A stretch of DNA of 64,000 nucleotides from Nocardioidaceae bacterium (lineage in GTDB: Bacteria; Actinomycetota; Actinomycetes; Propionibacteriales; Nocardioidaceae): positions 240,074 through 304,073 of the forward strand of contig JAUJOD010000004.1 of assembly GCA_030447865.1 (NCBI GenBank), read 5' to 3'. This document shows, piece by piece, positions 1 through 11,330 of the stretch. Under the pieces are notes generated by a model. The model made no database searches, was not told the DNA's origin, and was given only the letters and a program-made list of their open reading frames with translations. How positions within the stretch are numbered: position 1 is the first letter of the stretch; the number at the start of each line of letters is the position of its first letter. Position numbers and translations under genes: made by a program.

Positions 1-1076
1 GCGTAGGCGATCGACGAGATGCGCGCGGAGTCAGTCTCGAGCTCGGGGTAGGAGTGGCGCATCCGGTTCATGCTGACCGGCAGCAGCTCCGGCAGCGACG
101 GCTCGTCCACCCCCAGCAGCCGCATGGCGCGCACTGCGCGGCGCAGGATCCGGCGCAGCACGTAGCCGCGCGCCTCGTTGCTTGGCGCGACGCCGTCACC
201 GATCAGCATCAGGCCGCTGCGCACGTGATCGGCGACCACCCGCAGGCGCACATCGGTTTCCGCGTCGGCACCGTACGTCGTACCGGCGAGCTCGGCGGCC
301 CGAGCCACCACGGGGAACACCTCGTCGATCGTGTAGATGCTGTCTGTTTCCTGGAGCAGCATCGCCATCCGCTCAAGGCCCATCCCGGTGTCAATGTTCT
401 TCGCGGGCAGGTCCTCGGCTACGTCGAAGTCGTCCTTGGCGCGCACCTCGCTGAGTCGGACCTGCATGAAGACCAGGTTCCAGAACTCCATGTAGCGGTC
501 GCCGGCCTTCTCGATGTCGCCCTCAGGCCCGTATGCCGGGCCGCGGTCGAGGAAGATCTCCGAGTCGGGCCCGCCCGGGCCGGGGACGCCCATGTGCCAA
601 TAGTTGTCGAGCTTGCCGAGGCGGTGGATCTTCTCGTCGGGCAGACCCGCGATCTTCTTCCACAGCGCGACCGACTCGTCGTCGTCGAGGTAGACCGACA
701 CGTGCAGCCGGGACTCCGGAAGCCCGAAGCCCCCGTCGACCCGGGGCTTGGTCACTAGATCCCAGGCGTACTCGATCGCACCTTCCTTGAAGTAGTCGCC
801 GAACGAGAAGTTGCCGTTCATCTGGAAGAACGTGCCGTGCCGGTCGGTCTTGCCGACCTCCTCGATGTCGAGGGTCCTGACGCACTTCTGCACGCTGACC
901 GCGCGGTCGTACGGCGCCTGCTCCTGCCCGATGAAGTAGGGGACGAACGGCACCATGCCCGCCGTCACGAACAGCAGGTTGGGGTCGGGGATGATGAGCG
1001 ACGTGCTCGGCACCACGGTGTGGTCGCGCCGCTCGAAGTGCGCGATGAACCGGCGTCGGATCTCAGCGGTGTCCAT
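1..1076 (-). CDS. alaS: alanine--tRNA ligase, N-terminal part (gene continues past the window start)
   Basis: Own translation of the minus strand from ATG at 1076 gives [48 protein letters not shown]...[36 protein letters not shown], a typical AlaRS N-terminus. It is absent from the ORF track because there is no stop inside the window. Confidence 0.9.
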   Translation of the reverse strand, partial: MDTAEIRRRFIAHFERRDHTVVPSTSLIIPDPNLLFVTAGMVPFVPYFIGQEQAPYDRAVSVQKCVRTLDIEEVGKTDRHGTFFQMNGNFSFGDYFKEGAIEYAWDLVTKPRVDGGFGLPESRLHVSVYLDDDESVALWKKIAGLPDEKIHRLGKLDNYWHMGVPGPGGPDSEIFLDRGPAYGPEGDIEKAGDRYMEFWNLVFMQVRLSEVRAKDDFDVAEDLPAKNIDTGMGLERMAMLLQETDSIYTIDEVFPVVARAAELAGTTYGADAETDVRLRVVADHVRSGLMLIGDGVAPSNEARGYVLRRILRRAVRAMRLLGVDEPSLPELLPVSMNRMRHSYPELETDSARISSIAY

Positions 1077-1317
1077 CGCGCCCCTCCTCCAGCAGTAGTC
1101 GACCAGAGCCGGGCAGATCGAGCTGCGTGCGCAACTCCGTCTCACGCTCGGCCATTCCGGCGGCGACCTCGTCGGCAAAGACCCGCGCACCCGCCCCCAG
1201 GGCCGCCACCCGGGCCCCGATGCCGTCAGGGGTGAAGGCCCGGACGGTGCGGCGCGCCTTCAGCAACGTGTAGACACCGCAGGCGCCGCCCGCCACAAAC
1301 CACAGCGGGCGGCTCAT
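1063..1317 (-). CDS. small hypothetical protein with hydrophobic N-terminus
   Basis: 84-aa ORF ([15 protein letters not shown]). It has a 4-nt overlap with the upstream ORF and overlaps the alaS start. No catalytic motif was seen. Confidence 0.45.
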   Translation of the reverse strand: MSRPLWFVAGGACGVYTLLKARRTVRAFTPDGIGARVAALGAGARVFADEVAAGMAERETELRTQLDLPGSGRLLLEEGRDGHR

Positions 1318-1835
1318 GGACGCCCGCCTTCCGACGCCATCGCCGATCGCCGACGCCGTCGGCGTAGCTTGTGTTGCCGGCGCAGCTCCTTGCGCACGGC
1401 GTAGGAGACCCGCATGCGCTGCTCCTCACTGAGCGCCCGGCGCACGCCGTAGGAGAACGCGGCGATCTTGATCAGCGGCGGCCCGAGCGTGACCGACGCA
1501 ATTCGAGCGGCCGACGGTTCGGCACCGACGGCTGGCTGGTCTTTGGTCAGACCCGTGATGACCGGAACCGGCTCGGTGGTTGAGGCCGTCGAGACCACTG
1601 GTCGGTCGTCCTCCGCCACTGGCACCGGCCGTCGGCCCTCCTCCGCCAGCGGCTCTCGAGGCTCCACCACCACCGGCTGAGGCTGAGATACCTCTGGCAC
1701 CGTTCCAGAGCGGAGGGCGGTCACTTCGGCACCGAGTCGGCGTACCTCTCCGTGCAGCCGCCACACCAGCAGGCCGAGAGCGAGGACGAGCACCGCAACG
1801 GTGCCGGCTCCTACCGCCACCTGCATGTTCGTCAT
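1314..1835 (-). CDS. hypothetical membrane protein (N-terminal TM plus coiled-coil, possibly DUF948-like)
   Basis: 173-aa ORF. The N-terminus AVGAGTVAVLVLALGLLVWRL is followed by a heptad-like segment and an Arg-rich C-terminus. The family name is from memory of this conserved rarA-alaS neighbourhood. Confidence 0.45.
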   Translation of the reverse strand: MTNMQVAVGAGTVAVLVLALGLLVWRLHGEVRRLGAEVTALRSGTVPEVSQPQPVVVEPREPLAEEGRRPVPVAEDDRPVVSTASTTEPVPVITGLTKDQPAVGAEPSAARIASVTLGPPLIKIAAFSYGVRRALSEEQRMRVSYAVRKELRRQHKLRRRRRRSAMASEGGRP

Positions 1836-1874
1836 CCCCGGCCGCCTGCCCTTCGTTGAGTGCGAACGCTCACC

Positions 1875-3248
1875 TTATCGCGCGGCACTCTCGCCAGAGT
1901 CCTCCATTAAGACCGCCGAGATTCGCTCCAGCCGGGCGGCGTACTCGGCCTCGGCACCGTGCGAGGTGGGGCGGTAGTAGGTGCGATCACGCACCGCGTC
2001 AGGCGCGTGCCGCTGCGGCGCAACGCCGCGCGGGTCGTCGTGTGCATACCGGTAGCCGTCCCCGTGCCCGAGCTTGGCGGCGCCCGAGTAGTGCCGGTCG
2101 CGCAGGTGAGCCGGTACGGCGCCGATCCGTCCCGCCGCGACATCGGCGAGCGCCTCGTCGATCGCGGTGATCACGGCGTTGGACTTCGCGGCCAACGCCA
2201 GCGCGATAACCGCTTGGGCCAGGTTGAGCCGTGCCTCCGGCATGCCGATCAGCTGCACGGCTTGCGCCGCGGCCACCGCGGTCGGCAGCGCGGTGGGATC
2301 GGCGAGCCCGATGTCTTCACTGGCCAGGATCACCAACCGCCGGGCAATAAAGCGCGGGTCCTCTCCCGCGGCGATCATCCGAGCCAGGTAGTGCAGCGCC
2401 GCATCGACGTCGCTGCCCCGGATCGACTTGATGAACGCGCTGATGACGTCGTAGTGCTGGTCGCCCTGGCGGTCATACCTCACGGCAGCGCGGTCGACGA
2501 CCGTCTGCAGCAGGTCAGCGTCGACAGCAGACCGCCCGGCGTCCGCCGCCGCTGTCGCTGCCGACTCCAGGTAGGTCAAGGCTCGCCGCGCGTCACCGGC
2601 TGCCAACCGGACCAGCAAGTCGGTCGCGTCGCCGGATAGGTCTACAGCGCCACCCAGGCCACGATCGTCGCTTAAGGCTCGGTCGACGACCTGACGTACG
2701 GCGTCGTCGGTCAGCGGCTCGAGGGTCAGCAGCAGCGAGCGCGACAGCAGCGGTGCGATGACGGAGAAGAAAGGGTTCTCCGTGGTGGCTGCGATCAGCG
2801 TCACCCAGCGGTTCTCGACCCCTGGCAGCAACGCGTCTTGTTGCGCCTTGCTGAAGCGGTGCACCTCGTCGACGAACAGCACAGTCTCCGGCCCACGGGA
2901 GGCCAGCAGCCGGCGGGCGCCGTCGATCGCCTCTCGCACCTCTTTCACCCCAGCGGCTACCGCTGAGATCTCGATGAACCGCCGTTGGGTCTGTGCGGAC
3001 ACGATCGCCGCGATCGTCGTCTTGCCGGTCCCCGGCGGCCCCCACAGCAGCAGCGCCGTTGCATGGTCACCCTCGACCAGTTGACGCAGCGGCGACCCGT
3101 CGGCAAGCAGGTGGTCTTGCCCGAACAGTTCGCCCAGTGTCTGTGGCCGCATCCGTACGGCGAGCGGCGCTGCCGGATTCCTGCCGCCCGCCAGCGCTCC
3201 ACCGCTTGCAGCAGGTGCGGTCGCGACCTCGAACAGCGCGTCGTCCAC
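1875..3248 (-). CDS. rarA: replication-associated recombination protein A (AAA+ ATPase)
   Basis: 457 aa. Walker A is [11 protein letters not shown] and Walker B is [10 protein letters not shown], with the MgsA C-terminal region ([16 protein letters not shown]). GTG start at 3248. Confidence 0.9.
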   Translation of the reverse strand: MDDALFEVATAPAASGGALAGGRNPAAPLAVRMRPQTLGELFGQDHLLADGSPLRQLVEGDHATALLLWGPPGTGKTTIAAIVSAQTQRRFIEISAVAAGVKEVREAIDGARRLLASRGPETVLFVDEVHRFSKAQQDALLPGVENRWVTLIAATTENPFFSVIAPLLSRSLLLTLEPLTDDAVRQVVDRALSDDRGLGGAVDLSGDATDLLVRLAAGDARRALTYLESAATAAADAGRSAVDADLLQTVVDRAAVRYDRQGDQHYDVISAFIKSIRGSDVDAALHYLARMIAAGEDPRFIARRLVILASEDIGLADPTALPTAVAAAQAVQLIGMPEARLNLAQAVIALALAAKSNAVITAIDEALADVAAGRIGAVPAHLRDRHYSGAAKLGHGDGYRYAHDDPRGVAPQRHAPDAVRDRTYYRPTSHGAEAEYAARLERISAVLMEDSGESAAR

Positions 3249-3274
3249 CCCGCAACTCTAGGTGCGCCTGCCCT

Positions 3275-3353
3275 CAAGGGAGCGGCTGGTGGGGACTCGC
3301 AGCGCCGTCAAAGAGCGCAGCGAAGGCGCAAGAGCCCCGCCAGCCGCGCCCGG
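3275..3353. repeat. structured intergenic repeat, copy C (inverted relative to copies at 35134-35321)
   Basis: caagggagcggctggtggggactcg...gagccccgccagccgcgcccgg aligns by eye to the reverse complement of the 35.1-kb repeat. It can fold as a long imperfect hairpin. Confidence 0.7.
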
Positions 3354-3389
3354 AGGCAGCCTCAGGGGGCGCGCGTGTGGACGGAACGC

Positions 3390-4454
3390 CTACGTGGGTG
3401 AGACGGCGGTGGCCCCTTCACTCACCACCGGCACCTGCACGACCTGCAGCGGCTCGGCGAAGTGGCACGCGACGTTGCGGCCGCCGACCTCGTACAGCGG
3501 CGGCTCCTTCTCGGCGCAGACGTCTTGGGCCTTCCAGCAGCGGGTGCGGAACCGGCAGCCTGACGGCGGGTTGATCGGGCTGGGGACGTCGCCCTCCAGC
3601 CGAATCCGTTCCCGTCGACCACCGATCGCCGCCTGCTTCACGTCAGGAGAAGCCGACAGCAGCGCTTGGGTGTAGGGGTGGTGCGGAGTGTTGTAAATCT
3701 GGTCGCGCGATCCGATCTCGACAATCTTGCCGAGGTACATGACCGCCACCTCTGGGCAGAAGTGGCGCACGATCGCCAAGTCGTGGGCGATGAACAAGAA
3801 CGCGATGCCGAACTCGCGCTGCAGGTCCTGCAGCAGGTTGATGACCTGCGCCTGGATCGAGACATCGAGCGCCGACACCGGCTCGTCGGCGACGATCAAC
3901 TTGGGCCGCAGCGCGAGCGCGCGGGCGATGCCGATGCGCTGGCGCTGGCCCCCCGAGAACTCGCTCGGGTAGCGGTTGTAGTGCTCGGGATTGAGACCGA
4001 CGACCTCCAGCAGCTCCTGCACCTTCGGGATCATCTGCTTCTTCGGGACGATGTTGTGGACCTCGAGGGGAGTTCCGACGATCTTCCCGACGGTGTGGCG
4101 CGGGTTCAACGACGAGTAGGGGTCTTGGAAGATCAACTGGATCTCGCGCCGGTACGGCATCATCTGCCGCCCAGAGAGCTGACCGATCTCCGTCCCCTCG
4201 AACTTCATCGAACCCGACGTCGGATCGTACAGCCGGGTGATCACCCGGCCGGTGGTCGTCTTGCCGCAGCCGGACTCTCCGACGAGACCGAGTGCCTGGC
4301 CCTTTTCGAGAGTGAAGGAGACCCCGTCGAGCGCCTGCACCTGCCCGATGGTGCGGCGGACGACGCCGGTTGACTTGACCGGAAAGTGCTTGACCAGGTC
4401 AGTGACCTCCAGCAGCGGAGTGTGACCGTTAGAGGTTTGCACGTGCTCGCTCAA
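3390..4454 (-). CDS. peptide ABC transporter ATP-binding protein (OppF/DppF-like)
   Basis: 354 aa. Walker A is GESGCGKTT and the signature is SGGQRQR. It has the C-terminal Cys-rich oligopeptide/dipeptide extension ([14 protein letters not shown]). Confidence 0.9.
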   Translation of the reverse strand: MSEHVQTSNGHTPLLEVTDLVKHFPVKSTGVVRRTIGQVQALDGVSFTLEKGQALGLVGESGCGKTTTGRVITRLYDPTSGSMKFEGTEIGQLSGRQMMPYRREIQLIFQDPYSSLNPRHTVGKIVGTPLEVHNIVPKKQMIPKVQELLEVVGLNPEHYNRYPSEFSGGQRQRIGIARALALRPKLIVADEPVSALDVSIQAQVINLLQDLQREFGIAFLFIAHDLAIVRHFCPEVAVMYLGKIVEIGSRDQIYNTPHHPYTQALLSASPDVKQAAIGGRRERIRLEGDVPSPINPPSGCRFRTRCWKAQDVCAEKEPPLYEVGGRNVACHFAEPLQVVQVPVVSEGATAVSPT

Positions 4455-5536
4455 CCCATGATCTCCTCTTTGAGCTCTTCCTGGTACAGGGTCTCAGGGT
4501 CTTTGATGTGGCACCGCTTGAGGTGGCTCTCGCCGCGAGGGCCGGGCCGCAGCAATGGCAGCTCGCTCACGCAGCGGCTGCCTTCGACATGGTCCTGGTA
4601 GGTGCAGCGGGGATGGAACGGGCACCCGCTCGGCGGGTTCAGCAGGCTCGGCGGCGTGCCGGGGATCGGGATGAGCGGCTTGCTGGTGTCGGATACAACG
4701 TCAGCAACGCTGCCCAGCAGTCCCCAGGTGTACGGCATCTCGGGGTGGGTGAGCACTTCCTTGGTCGGACCGTGCTCGACGGCGCGGCCGGCGTACATCA
4801 CCAAGACGTCATCGGCCAGCTCGGCGATCACGCCGAGGTCGTGAGTGATGATGATGACCGCGGAGCCGAACTCCTTTTGCATCGTCTGCACCAAGTCGAG
4901 GATCTGCGCCTGGACGGTGACGTCAAGCGCGGTCGTGGGCTCGTCGGCGATGAGCAGCTTGGGGTTGTTCACGAGCGCCATCGCGATCATGGCCCGCTGC
5001 CGCATACCGCCGGAGAACTGGTGCAGGTAGTCGTTGACCCGCCGCTGCGGCTCGGGGATGCCGACCAGGTCGAGCATCTCGATCGCCCGGTTCCAGGCCG
5101 CCTTCTTCGACACCTGGTTATGCAGCCGGTACGCCTCCACGATCTGGTTGCCGACGGTGAAGAACGGGTGCAGCGCCGTCAGCGGGTCTTGGAAGATCAT
5201 CGCCACGTCGTTGCCGCGGAGGCGTCGCAGCGTCGACTTGGAGGCGCCGATTATCTCTTGACCGGCGACTCGGATCGATCCCTCCAGCCGGCTGCGCTTG
5301 GCGTCGTGCAAGCCGAGCACCGCCATCGATGACACGCTCTTGCCCGACCCGGACTCACCGACGATCCCGAGCGTCTCGCCGAGCTCGACGGCGTACGACA
5401 AGTCGGTGACTGCCTGCACGAGACCGTCGTGAGTGGGGAACTGCACGGTGAGGTCCTCGACGACGAGGAACGGTTCCTGCTGGGCCGAGCTAGGCGCCAC
5501 GACGGGTTCGGGCATGGTCCTGTCCACCGTTGTCAC
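4451..5536 (-). CDS. peptide ABC transporter ATP-binding protein (OppD/DppD-like)
   Basis: 361 aa. Motifs are GESGSGKS, SGGMRQR and LLIADEPTTALD. It has 4-nt overlaps with both neighbours. Confidence 0.9.
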   Translation of the reverse strand: MTTVDRTMPEPVVAPSSAQQEPFLVVEDLTVQFPTHDGLVQAVTDLSYAVELGETLGIVGESGSGKSVSSMAVLGLHDAKRSRLEGSIRVAGQEIIGASKSTLRRLRGNDVAMIFQDPLTALHPFFTVGNQIVEAYRLHNQVSKKAAWNRAIEMLDLVGIPEPQRRVNDYLHQFSGGMRQRAMIAMALVNNPKLLIADEPTTALDVTVQAQILDLVQTMQKEFGSAVIIITHDLGVIAELADDVLVMYAGRAVEHGPTKEVLTHPEMPYTWGLLGSVADVVSDTSKPLIPIPGTPPSLLNPPSGCPFHPRCTYQDHVEGSRCVSELPLLRPGPRGESHLKRCHIKDPETLYQEELKEEIMG

Positions 5537-6525
5537 GACAGCCTCACTCTCGGGTCGAGGAAACTGTAGATGATATCGACCAGCAGGTTGGCGATCACGA
5601 TGAAGACGGAGCCGATGAGCACGGTAGCCGAGATGATCGGCAGGTCACCTTGGGTGATGGAGGCAAGGGCTGTGCGGCCGATGCCGTTGATCCCAAAGAT
5701 CGCCTCGGTGAAGACGGTGCCCGCCAGCAGTGTCGCGAAGTCGATGCCGAAGATCGTGATGACCGGCACAACGGCGGCCCGCAGCGCATGCTTGGCCACC
5801 ACCTTGCTCTCGCTCACCCCCATGGCCCGCGCTGTCCGCACGTAGTCCTCGCTCAGTGACTCGATCATCGAGCCGCGACTGAACCGGGCATAGGTGACGC
5901 AGAAGTACACGGTCAGCACGAGCCAGGGCAGCGCTAACGCGCCCGCCCAGCCGATCGGGTCTTCGGTCAACGGCACATACGACGTCTCGCTGAAGATTCC
6001 CCACTTCAACACGAGGTACAAATAGGCCAGCAACGCGACGAGGTAGTACGGGATTGCGCTGATGATCAGGGTGCTTGCCACCAGGCCGCGGTCGGTGCTA
6101 GTGCCGCGTCTGCGAGCGGCGAGTACGCCGATGATGACACCGACGATGAGGTACATGAAACCGCCGAGGGCGATGGAAATCGTGGCGGGGAACCGCTCCA
6201 TCAGGGTGGGAAAGACCGGCTCCTTGTTGATGTAGGAGATGCCGAGGCATGGCGCGGGGCAGTCGACCGAGAAGCCGGGGCCGTAGGAGACGTCACGACC
6301 GACGAAGACGCCCTTGGCCCAGGTGAGGTACTGCTCGACGACCGGCTTGTCGAGGCCGAGCGACTGGTGGATCAGCGCGCGCCGTTCCTCGGTGCACCTG
6401 TCGGCTGAGCACAACCGCTGCGCGGGGTCGGACGGCCCCAACGTGAACAGGAGGAACACGATCATAGAGGTGGCGATCACCACCAGCACGGCGCTGACAA
6501 GGCGGCGCAGGATGTAGCCGATCAT
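5533..6525 (-). CDS. peptide ABC transporter permease (DppB/OppB-like)
   Basis: 330 aa, multi-TM, with a binding-protein-dependent permease EAA-like region (EDYVRTARAMGVSE). Confidence 0.85.
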   Translation of the reverse strand: MIGYILRRLVSAVLVVIATSMIVFLLFTLGPSDPAQRLCSADRCTEERRALIHQSLGLDKPVVEQYLTWAKGVFVGRDVSYGPGFSVDCPAPCLGISYINKEPVFPTLMERFPATISIALGGFMYLIVGVIIGVLAARRRGTSTDRGLVASTLIISAIPYYLVALLAYLYLVLKWGIFSETSYVPLTEDPIGWAGALALPWLVLTVYFCVTYARFSRGSMIESLSEDYVRTARAMGVSESKVVAKHALRAAVVPVITIFGIDFATLLAGTVFTEAIFGINGIGRTALASITQGDLPIISATVLIGSVFIVIANLLVDIIYSFLDPRVRLS

Positions 6526-6549
6526 GTCGCGGGCTCCTCCCTGGGTGGG

Positions 6550-6583
6550 CCGGTGGGGCGGGCGCTGCCGCCCGCCCCACCGG
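6550..6583 (-). promoter_or_regulatory. perfect 15-bp GC-rich stem-loop between the SBP stop and the permease start
   Basis: ccggtggggcgggcg-ctgc-... pairs perfectly with ...cgcccgccccaccgg. It lies 3' of the SBP cistron on the sense (minus) strand, and no U-tract follows. Confidence 0.6.
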
Positions 6584-6618
6584 TGAGGTCTTGCTACCGA
6601 CTCACGTCGGGTGTGACC

Positions 6619-8394
6619 TTACTCAGTGATGTAGATGTCGGCCAGCGTCGGCTCGCCGAACACCTCGCTGACCTTCATGCCGCCGATCTTCGAGCCGTGC
6701 ATCGTAGCCACGCCGAGGTAGCCGTAGACGGGGCCGGGGTAGTACGTCTCGAAGATGTACTTGTCGAGCTCACCCCAGGCAGCCGGCTGGTCCTTGACCG
6801 GCATCTCGAGGATCTTGTTGATCCGGTTGTCGACGTCCTTCTCCTCGAAGAAGGCGTAGTTGTTCGAACCTCCGGACTTGAGCAGCGGTGGGAACCACGA
6901 GCCACCCGACGGCCAGTCAGAGCACCAGCCGAACGCACGGACGTTGATCGGCGAGTTGGGGTCGGCGCGGAAATCGGAGTACTGGTTGACTCCCACGGCG
7001 ACCGGCGACGCCTTAAAGCCCGCCTCCTCGAGCGCGCTGACGATCTCGTCCTTGCCGGCCTCCTGCAACTCGTCACCCTTGATGTAGGGCCACTTGATCT
7101 CGTAGCCGACCGCGCCAGCTTCCTCCAGCAGCGCTTTCGCCTTCTCCGGGTCGGTCTGGCTGCCCTCGTTGCCGAGCACGTCGTACTGCAACCGCCCAGG
7201 AATGCCCGGCGGCAGCAGCGTCGTGCCGAACTGACGGGTGACCCCGACGATGCTTCCACTGGCCTTGGCAGCGTCCTCGTACGGGTACGCCCAGCCAATC
7301 GCCTTGCGGATGTTGATGTCGGTGATCTTGCGGTAGTCCGGAGCGAACATGTACGTGCACGGGGTGGTGCCGGTGTCGATCCGCTCGGGGCTGTCCTGCG
7401 TGGCGGTGCGGAACGCCGACGGGCTGAGTGACTCATCCGTGACCGTCGTCTGCGCCTCACCGCTGTCGGACAGCAGCGTCTGCTCAAGCTTGCTCTGGTC
7501 TTCGGTGAACTTCATGTCCCACTCGTCGACGTACTGGTGCCGGCCCGGGTCGGTGGCAGGGTCCCACTCGGGGTTCCTGACCAGCTGGAGCGAGATACCG
7601 GGCTCGTACTTGCCGAACATGTAGGGGCCAGTGGCGAGCGGGTGGTTCTTGTACGTCGCCGGGTTGCTGGCGTCACCTTCCGGGATCGGGCCGATCGCGG
7701 GGAACGCGGCCCAGTAGGGCATGTCCGGGAACGGCCGCTCCATCAGGATCGTCAGCTCGTTGCCGTTGCACTTGACGCCGTCGTACTCCTGGCCGTCGGT
7801 GTAGGGCCCGCTGTACTTGTCGCCGCCCTTGAAGTACTCGTTCGAGTAGGCAGCGCCACCGGGGAAGGTGTCGCGGTCCATCGAGCGCTTGATCCCGTAG
7901 GCGACGTCGTCGCAGGTGACCTCGTCACCTGTCTCGTACCGCACGCCGTCGCGGATCGTGAACGTCCACTTGGTGTATTCGGGGTTGCTTTCCCACTTCT
8001 CGGCAATGTCGGGGATGAGCACAGACCCGCCTTCGCCGTTGTTGGCCTCGGGGTCATAGACGTACTGCGTCAGCGAGCGGGTCACCAACTGCGAGAGGAT
8101 CGCGAGCGTGTTGGTGTAGTAGGCCTCGGTCGGGTCCATCGTGGTCAGTCCCGAGGTAGCCAGGAAGGTGACAGTGCCGCCCTGCTGGGCGCCTTCTACT
8201 TCGGGGGCTGGGCCTTTGCTGCGGGTCATGTCAATGGCACCGCCCGCGTCGCCGCCCTCTTCGAAGGTTGGCGACGCGTTGTCAGCGGTGTCGTTGCCGT
8301 CCGTCCCGGTGTTCTCTTCGCCCCCACCGCCACAGGCCGTGATGGAGAGCATCGCCGCCGTGGTAGCGGCGATTCCTAACTTCTTCCAGCGCAT
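6619..8394 (-). CDS. ABC transporter substrate-binding lipoprotein (family 5, peptide/nickel type)
   Basis: 591 aa. It has a signal peptide with lipobox LSITAC followed by a Gly-rich linker. Size and composition are typical of Opp/Dpp SBPs. Confidence 0.85.
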   Translation of the reverse strand: MRWKKLGIAATTAAMLSITACGGGGEENTGTDGNDTADNASPTFEEGGDAGGAIDMTRSKGPAPEVEGAQQGGTVTFLATSGLTTMDPTEAYYTNTLAILSQLVTRSLTQYVYDPEANNGEGGSVLIPDIAEKWESNPEYTKWTFTIRDGVRYETGDEVTCDDVAYGIKRSMDRDTFPGGAAYSNEYFKGGDKYSGPYTDGQEYDGVKCNGNELTILMERPFPDMPYWAAFPAIGPIPEGDASNPATYKNHPLATGPYMFGKYEPGISLQLVRNPEWDPATDPGRHQYVDEWDMKFTEDQSKLEQTLLSDSGEAQTTVTDESLSPSAFRTATQDSPERIDTGTTPCTYMFAPDYRKITDINIRKAIGWAYPYEDAAKASGSIVGVTRQFGTTLLPPGIPGRLQYDVLGNEGSQTDPEKAKALLEEAGAVGYEIKWPYIKGDELQEAGKDEIVSALEEAGFKASPVAVGVNQYSDFRADPNSPINVRAFGWCSDWPSGGSWFPPLLKSGGSNNYAFFEEKDVDNRINKILEMPVKDQPAAWGELDKYIFETYYPGPVYGYLGVATMHGSKIGGMKVSEVFGEPTLADIYITE

Positions 8395-8420
8395 AGACTT
8401 ACTTCCCTTTCAGTTGCGTG

Positions 8421-8447
8421 AACGCCGAGTGTTCTCGACGTTTTTTT
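8421..8447 (-). promoter_or_regulatory. intercistronic stem-loop adjoining an A7/T7 run between permease stop and SBP start
   Basis: aacgccgag-tgtt-ctcgacgtt followed by ttttt on the plus strand. In the sense (minus) RNA the single mismatch becomes a U-G wobble, giving a 9-bp stem. Confidence 0.45.
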
Positions 8448-9472
8448 CACCTTCTGGTCTTCGGGTCGAATGCATCGCGAACCGAATCGCCGAGCAGGTT
8501 GAGCGCTATCACCAGCAGCATGATCCCTATGACGGGCGCCCACAGGTACAGCGCGTACTCGTCGAAGTAACCGGACGCCTGGTTGATCGTCTGGCCCCAC
8601 GACGGTCGGCCGGTCAGCCCGATCCCCAGATAGGCAAGACCGGCCTCTGCCGTCACGAAGGCCGGCACACTCAGCGAGATCGACACCACGATGGGCGCGA
8701 TCAGGTTGGGCAATAACTCCTTGAACAGCACGGTACGGGTCGGGACACCGATCACCCGAGCAGCCTGCACGAACTCGCGTTCGCGCAGTGACAGCACCTC
8801 ACCACGGATCAGCCGGGCCAGCCCCATCCAGCTGAAGAAGGTAAGGATGAAGATGATGCCGAAGAACTGAGCCTTGTCGAGGGCCTCAGGGTCGCCACCA
8901 AAGCGGTTGAGCAAGATCGGCGCCATCGCCAGCGCACCGAGCAGGAACGGGAACGACAAGAACACGTCGATGACGAACGAGATGACCCGGTCGAGCCAGC
9001 CGCGGGAGAAACCGGCCACCAGCCCCAGCGCCACGCCGATGATCGTCGACAGCAACGTCGAGATGCTCGCGACCTCCAACGACGTGCGGGCGCCGTAGAG
9101 CCACTCGGCGAGCAGGTCGTCGCCGGTGCCGGGCTCCAGGCCGAGCGGCGCCTCCCAGGTGAACCCGTTGTCGGGAGGGCCGATCACCGGGAAGTTGAAG
9201 GCGTCGGTGTCCTCTGACGGGTCACCGGCGTTCAGCTCGACACCGACAAGGCTGGTTATCACCGGGGCCAGGATGGCCAGCGCCACGAACAACACCACAA
9301 TTGCCGCTGAGACCACCGCTACCTTGTCGTGCCGCAGCCGTTCGAGCGCGATCTGGGTCGGTGAGCGGCCCGCGACCTGCTTGGCATCTGGCGTCTCGAT
9401 CGGGTCGGTGTCGGGAGACGTCACCATCTCCTGCAGCGGCATTGCCACGCGCATACCTCCTGGACCGTGCAA
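8447..9472 (-). CDS. peptide ABC transporter permease (DppC/OppC-like); start codon uncertain
   Basis: 341-aa ORF, multi-TM, with permease motif REREFVQAARVIGVP. Several in-frame starts occur near the N-terminus. Confidence 0.85.
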   Translation of the reverse strand: MHGPGGMRVAMPLQEMVTSPDTDPIETPDAKQVAGRSPTQIALERLRHDKVAVVSAAIVVLFVALAILAPVITSLVGVELNAGDPSEDTDAFNFPVIGPPDNGFTWEAPLGLEPGTGDDLLAEWLYGARTSLEVASISTLLSTIIGVALGLVAGFSRGWLDRVISFVIDVFLSFPFLLGALAMAPILLNRFGGDPEALDKAQFFGIIFILTFFSWMGLARLIRGEVLSLREREFVQAARVIGVPTRTVLFKELLPNLIAPIVVSISLSVPAFVTAEAGLAYLGIGLTGRPSWGQTINQASGYFDEYALYLWAPVIGIMLLVIALNLLGDSVRDAFDPKTRR

Positions 9473-9566
9473 CGGCCGATCTGCCTCGGCTCTCCGGGAG
9501 TCTAGGGCGCGCGCCGCATCGTGGCGGCAAGGATGGGGTGACGATCTGATAACGCTTGCCCGCTAT

Positions 9567-11330
9567 TCAGCCGGAGCGCGCGTCGACACCCGCTTCGCGC
9601 CGCTGTTCGCGCGTGATGGGCGCGGGGGCACCGGTGAGCGGATCAGTACCCGACGCGGTCTTGGGGAACGCGATCACGTCCCGGATCGAGTCGGCGCCGG
9701 CGAGCAAGGCGCACAGCCGGTCGATGCCGAGCGCAATGCCACCGTGGGGAGGCGGTCCGTAGCCGAGCGCCTCCAGGAGGAAGCCGAACTGGCTCATCGC
9801 CTCCTCCGGGCTCATGCCGATCACGTCGAAGACCCGCTGCTGCATCTCGGGCCGGTGGATCCGGATCGAGCCGCCGCCGATCTCCGACCCGTTCAGCACC
9901 AGGTCATACGCCTGCGACAGCGCCTCGCCCGGGCGGGAGTCGAAGTCGGCGTCGTAGTCGGGCGTGGGAGCGGTGAAGGGATGGTGGATAGCCGTCCAAC
10001 CGGTTGTGCCGTCGGTGCGCTCGACCGGCTCGAACATCGGTGCCTCAACGACCCAGACGAACTCCCACGCCTGCTTGTCGATGAGCCCACAGCGCTCCCC
10101 CACCTCGAGCCGAGCCGCAGCGAGTAGCGCCAGCGCTTCGGCGCGCCTCCCGGCAGCGAAGAAGACGCAGTCGCCCGGCGCCGCTCCGGCGTGCGCAGCA
10201 AGACCTGATCGCTCGTCATCGGAGAGGTTCTTGGCGACCGGGCCGCCGAGCGTCCCGTCCGCGCCGACCAGCACGTACGCCAGCCCCTTGGCGCCGTGGG
10301 AGCGCGCCCAGTCCTGCCACGCGTCGAGCTCTTTGCGGGCCTGGGCGGCACCGCCGGGCATGACGACCGCCCCGACGTGGAAGTCAGCCTCCGCCGACGG
10401 GCTGCGGAAGATACGAAACGGGGTGTCAGCGAAGTACGCCGTGAAGTCAACGAGCTCGCAGCCGAAGCGCAGATCGGGTCGGTCGATTCCGAACCGGCGC
10501 ATAGCGTCGGCGTACGTCATGCGGGGGATCGGCAGGCTCACCTCGTGCCCGACGACCTCGCGCCACAGCCGCACGACAAGGGACTCGATCAGCGCCTGCA
10601 CGTCCGCCGGCGTGCAGAAGCTCAGCTCGAGGTCCAGCTGGCTGAACTCCGGCTGCCGGTCGGCGCGAAAGTCCTCGTCGCGAAAGCAGCGGGCGATCTG
10701 GAAGTAGCGCTCGAGCCCCGCCACCATCAGCAGCTGCTTGAACAGCTGCGGTGACTGCGGCAGCGCGTACCACGAACCCGGCTGCAGCCGGACCGGCACC
10801 AAGAAGTCGCGCGCGCCCTCCGGGGTCGACCGGGTCAGGTACGGCGTCTCGACGTCGAGGAAGTCGTGCTCGGCCATCACTTCGCGGATGATGCGGGTCA
10901 CGGTGGCCCGCAGCCGCACGTTCGCCGCCATGTCGGCGCGACGCAGATCGAGATAGCGGTACTTGAGCCGGAGTTCCTCGTTGACCGGCGTCGTTGCGTG
11001 CTCCTCGACGGGGAACGGCAGCGGCGCGGACTCACTGAGCACCTCCACGTCGGCCGCGATTACCTCCACCTCGCCGGTCGGGAGCTGCGGGTTGGCGTTG
11101 CCTGCCGGCCTGGCGGCGACCGCTCCGGTGGCACGCAGGCAGAACTCCGCCCGTAGCGGGCGGGCCGTCTCCTCATCACGGATCACCAGCTGGACGACGC
11201 CGCTGCTGTCACGTAGGTCGACGAACGCGACTCCGCCGTGGTCGCGGCGCCGAGCCACCCAGCCCGCGAGCGTCACCTGCTGTCCGACGTGCTGAGCACG
11301 GAGCTCTCCGGCGGAATGGGTCCGCATCAC
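9567..11330 (-). CDS. aspS: aspartate--tRNA ligase
   Basis: 587 aa. The N-terminal OB-fold reads [41 protein letters not shown]. Class II motifs are present ([19 protein letters not shown]...GIALGIDRL). Confidence 0.95.
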   Translation of the reverse strand: MMRTHSAGELRAQHVGQQVTLAGWVARRRDHGGVAFVDLRDSSGVVQLVIRDEETARPLRAEFCLRATGAVAARPAGNANPQLPTGEVEVIAADVEVLSESAPLPFPVEEHATTPVNEELRLKYRYLDLRRADMAANVRLRATVTRIIREVMAEHDFLDVETPYLTRSTPEGARDFLVPVRLQPGSWYALPQSPQLFKQLLMVAGLERYFQIARCFRDEDFRADRQPEFSQLDLELSFCTPADVQALIESLVVRLWREVVGHEVSLPIPRMTYADAMRRFGIDRPDLRFGCELVDFTAYFADTPFRIFRSPSAEADFHVGAVVMPGGAAQARKELDAWQDWARSHGAKGLAYVLVGADGTLGGPVAKNLSDDERSGLAAHAGAAPGDCVFFAAGRRAEALALLAAARLEVGERCGLIDKQAWEFVWVVEAPMFEPVERTDGTTGWTAIHHPFTAPTPDYDADFDSRPGEALSQAYDLVLNGSEIGGGSIRIHRPEMQQRVFDVIGMSPEEAMSQFGFLLEALGYGPPPHGGIALGIDRLCALLAGADSIRDVIAFPKTASGTDPLTGAPAPITREQRREAGVDARSG

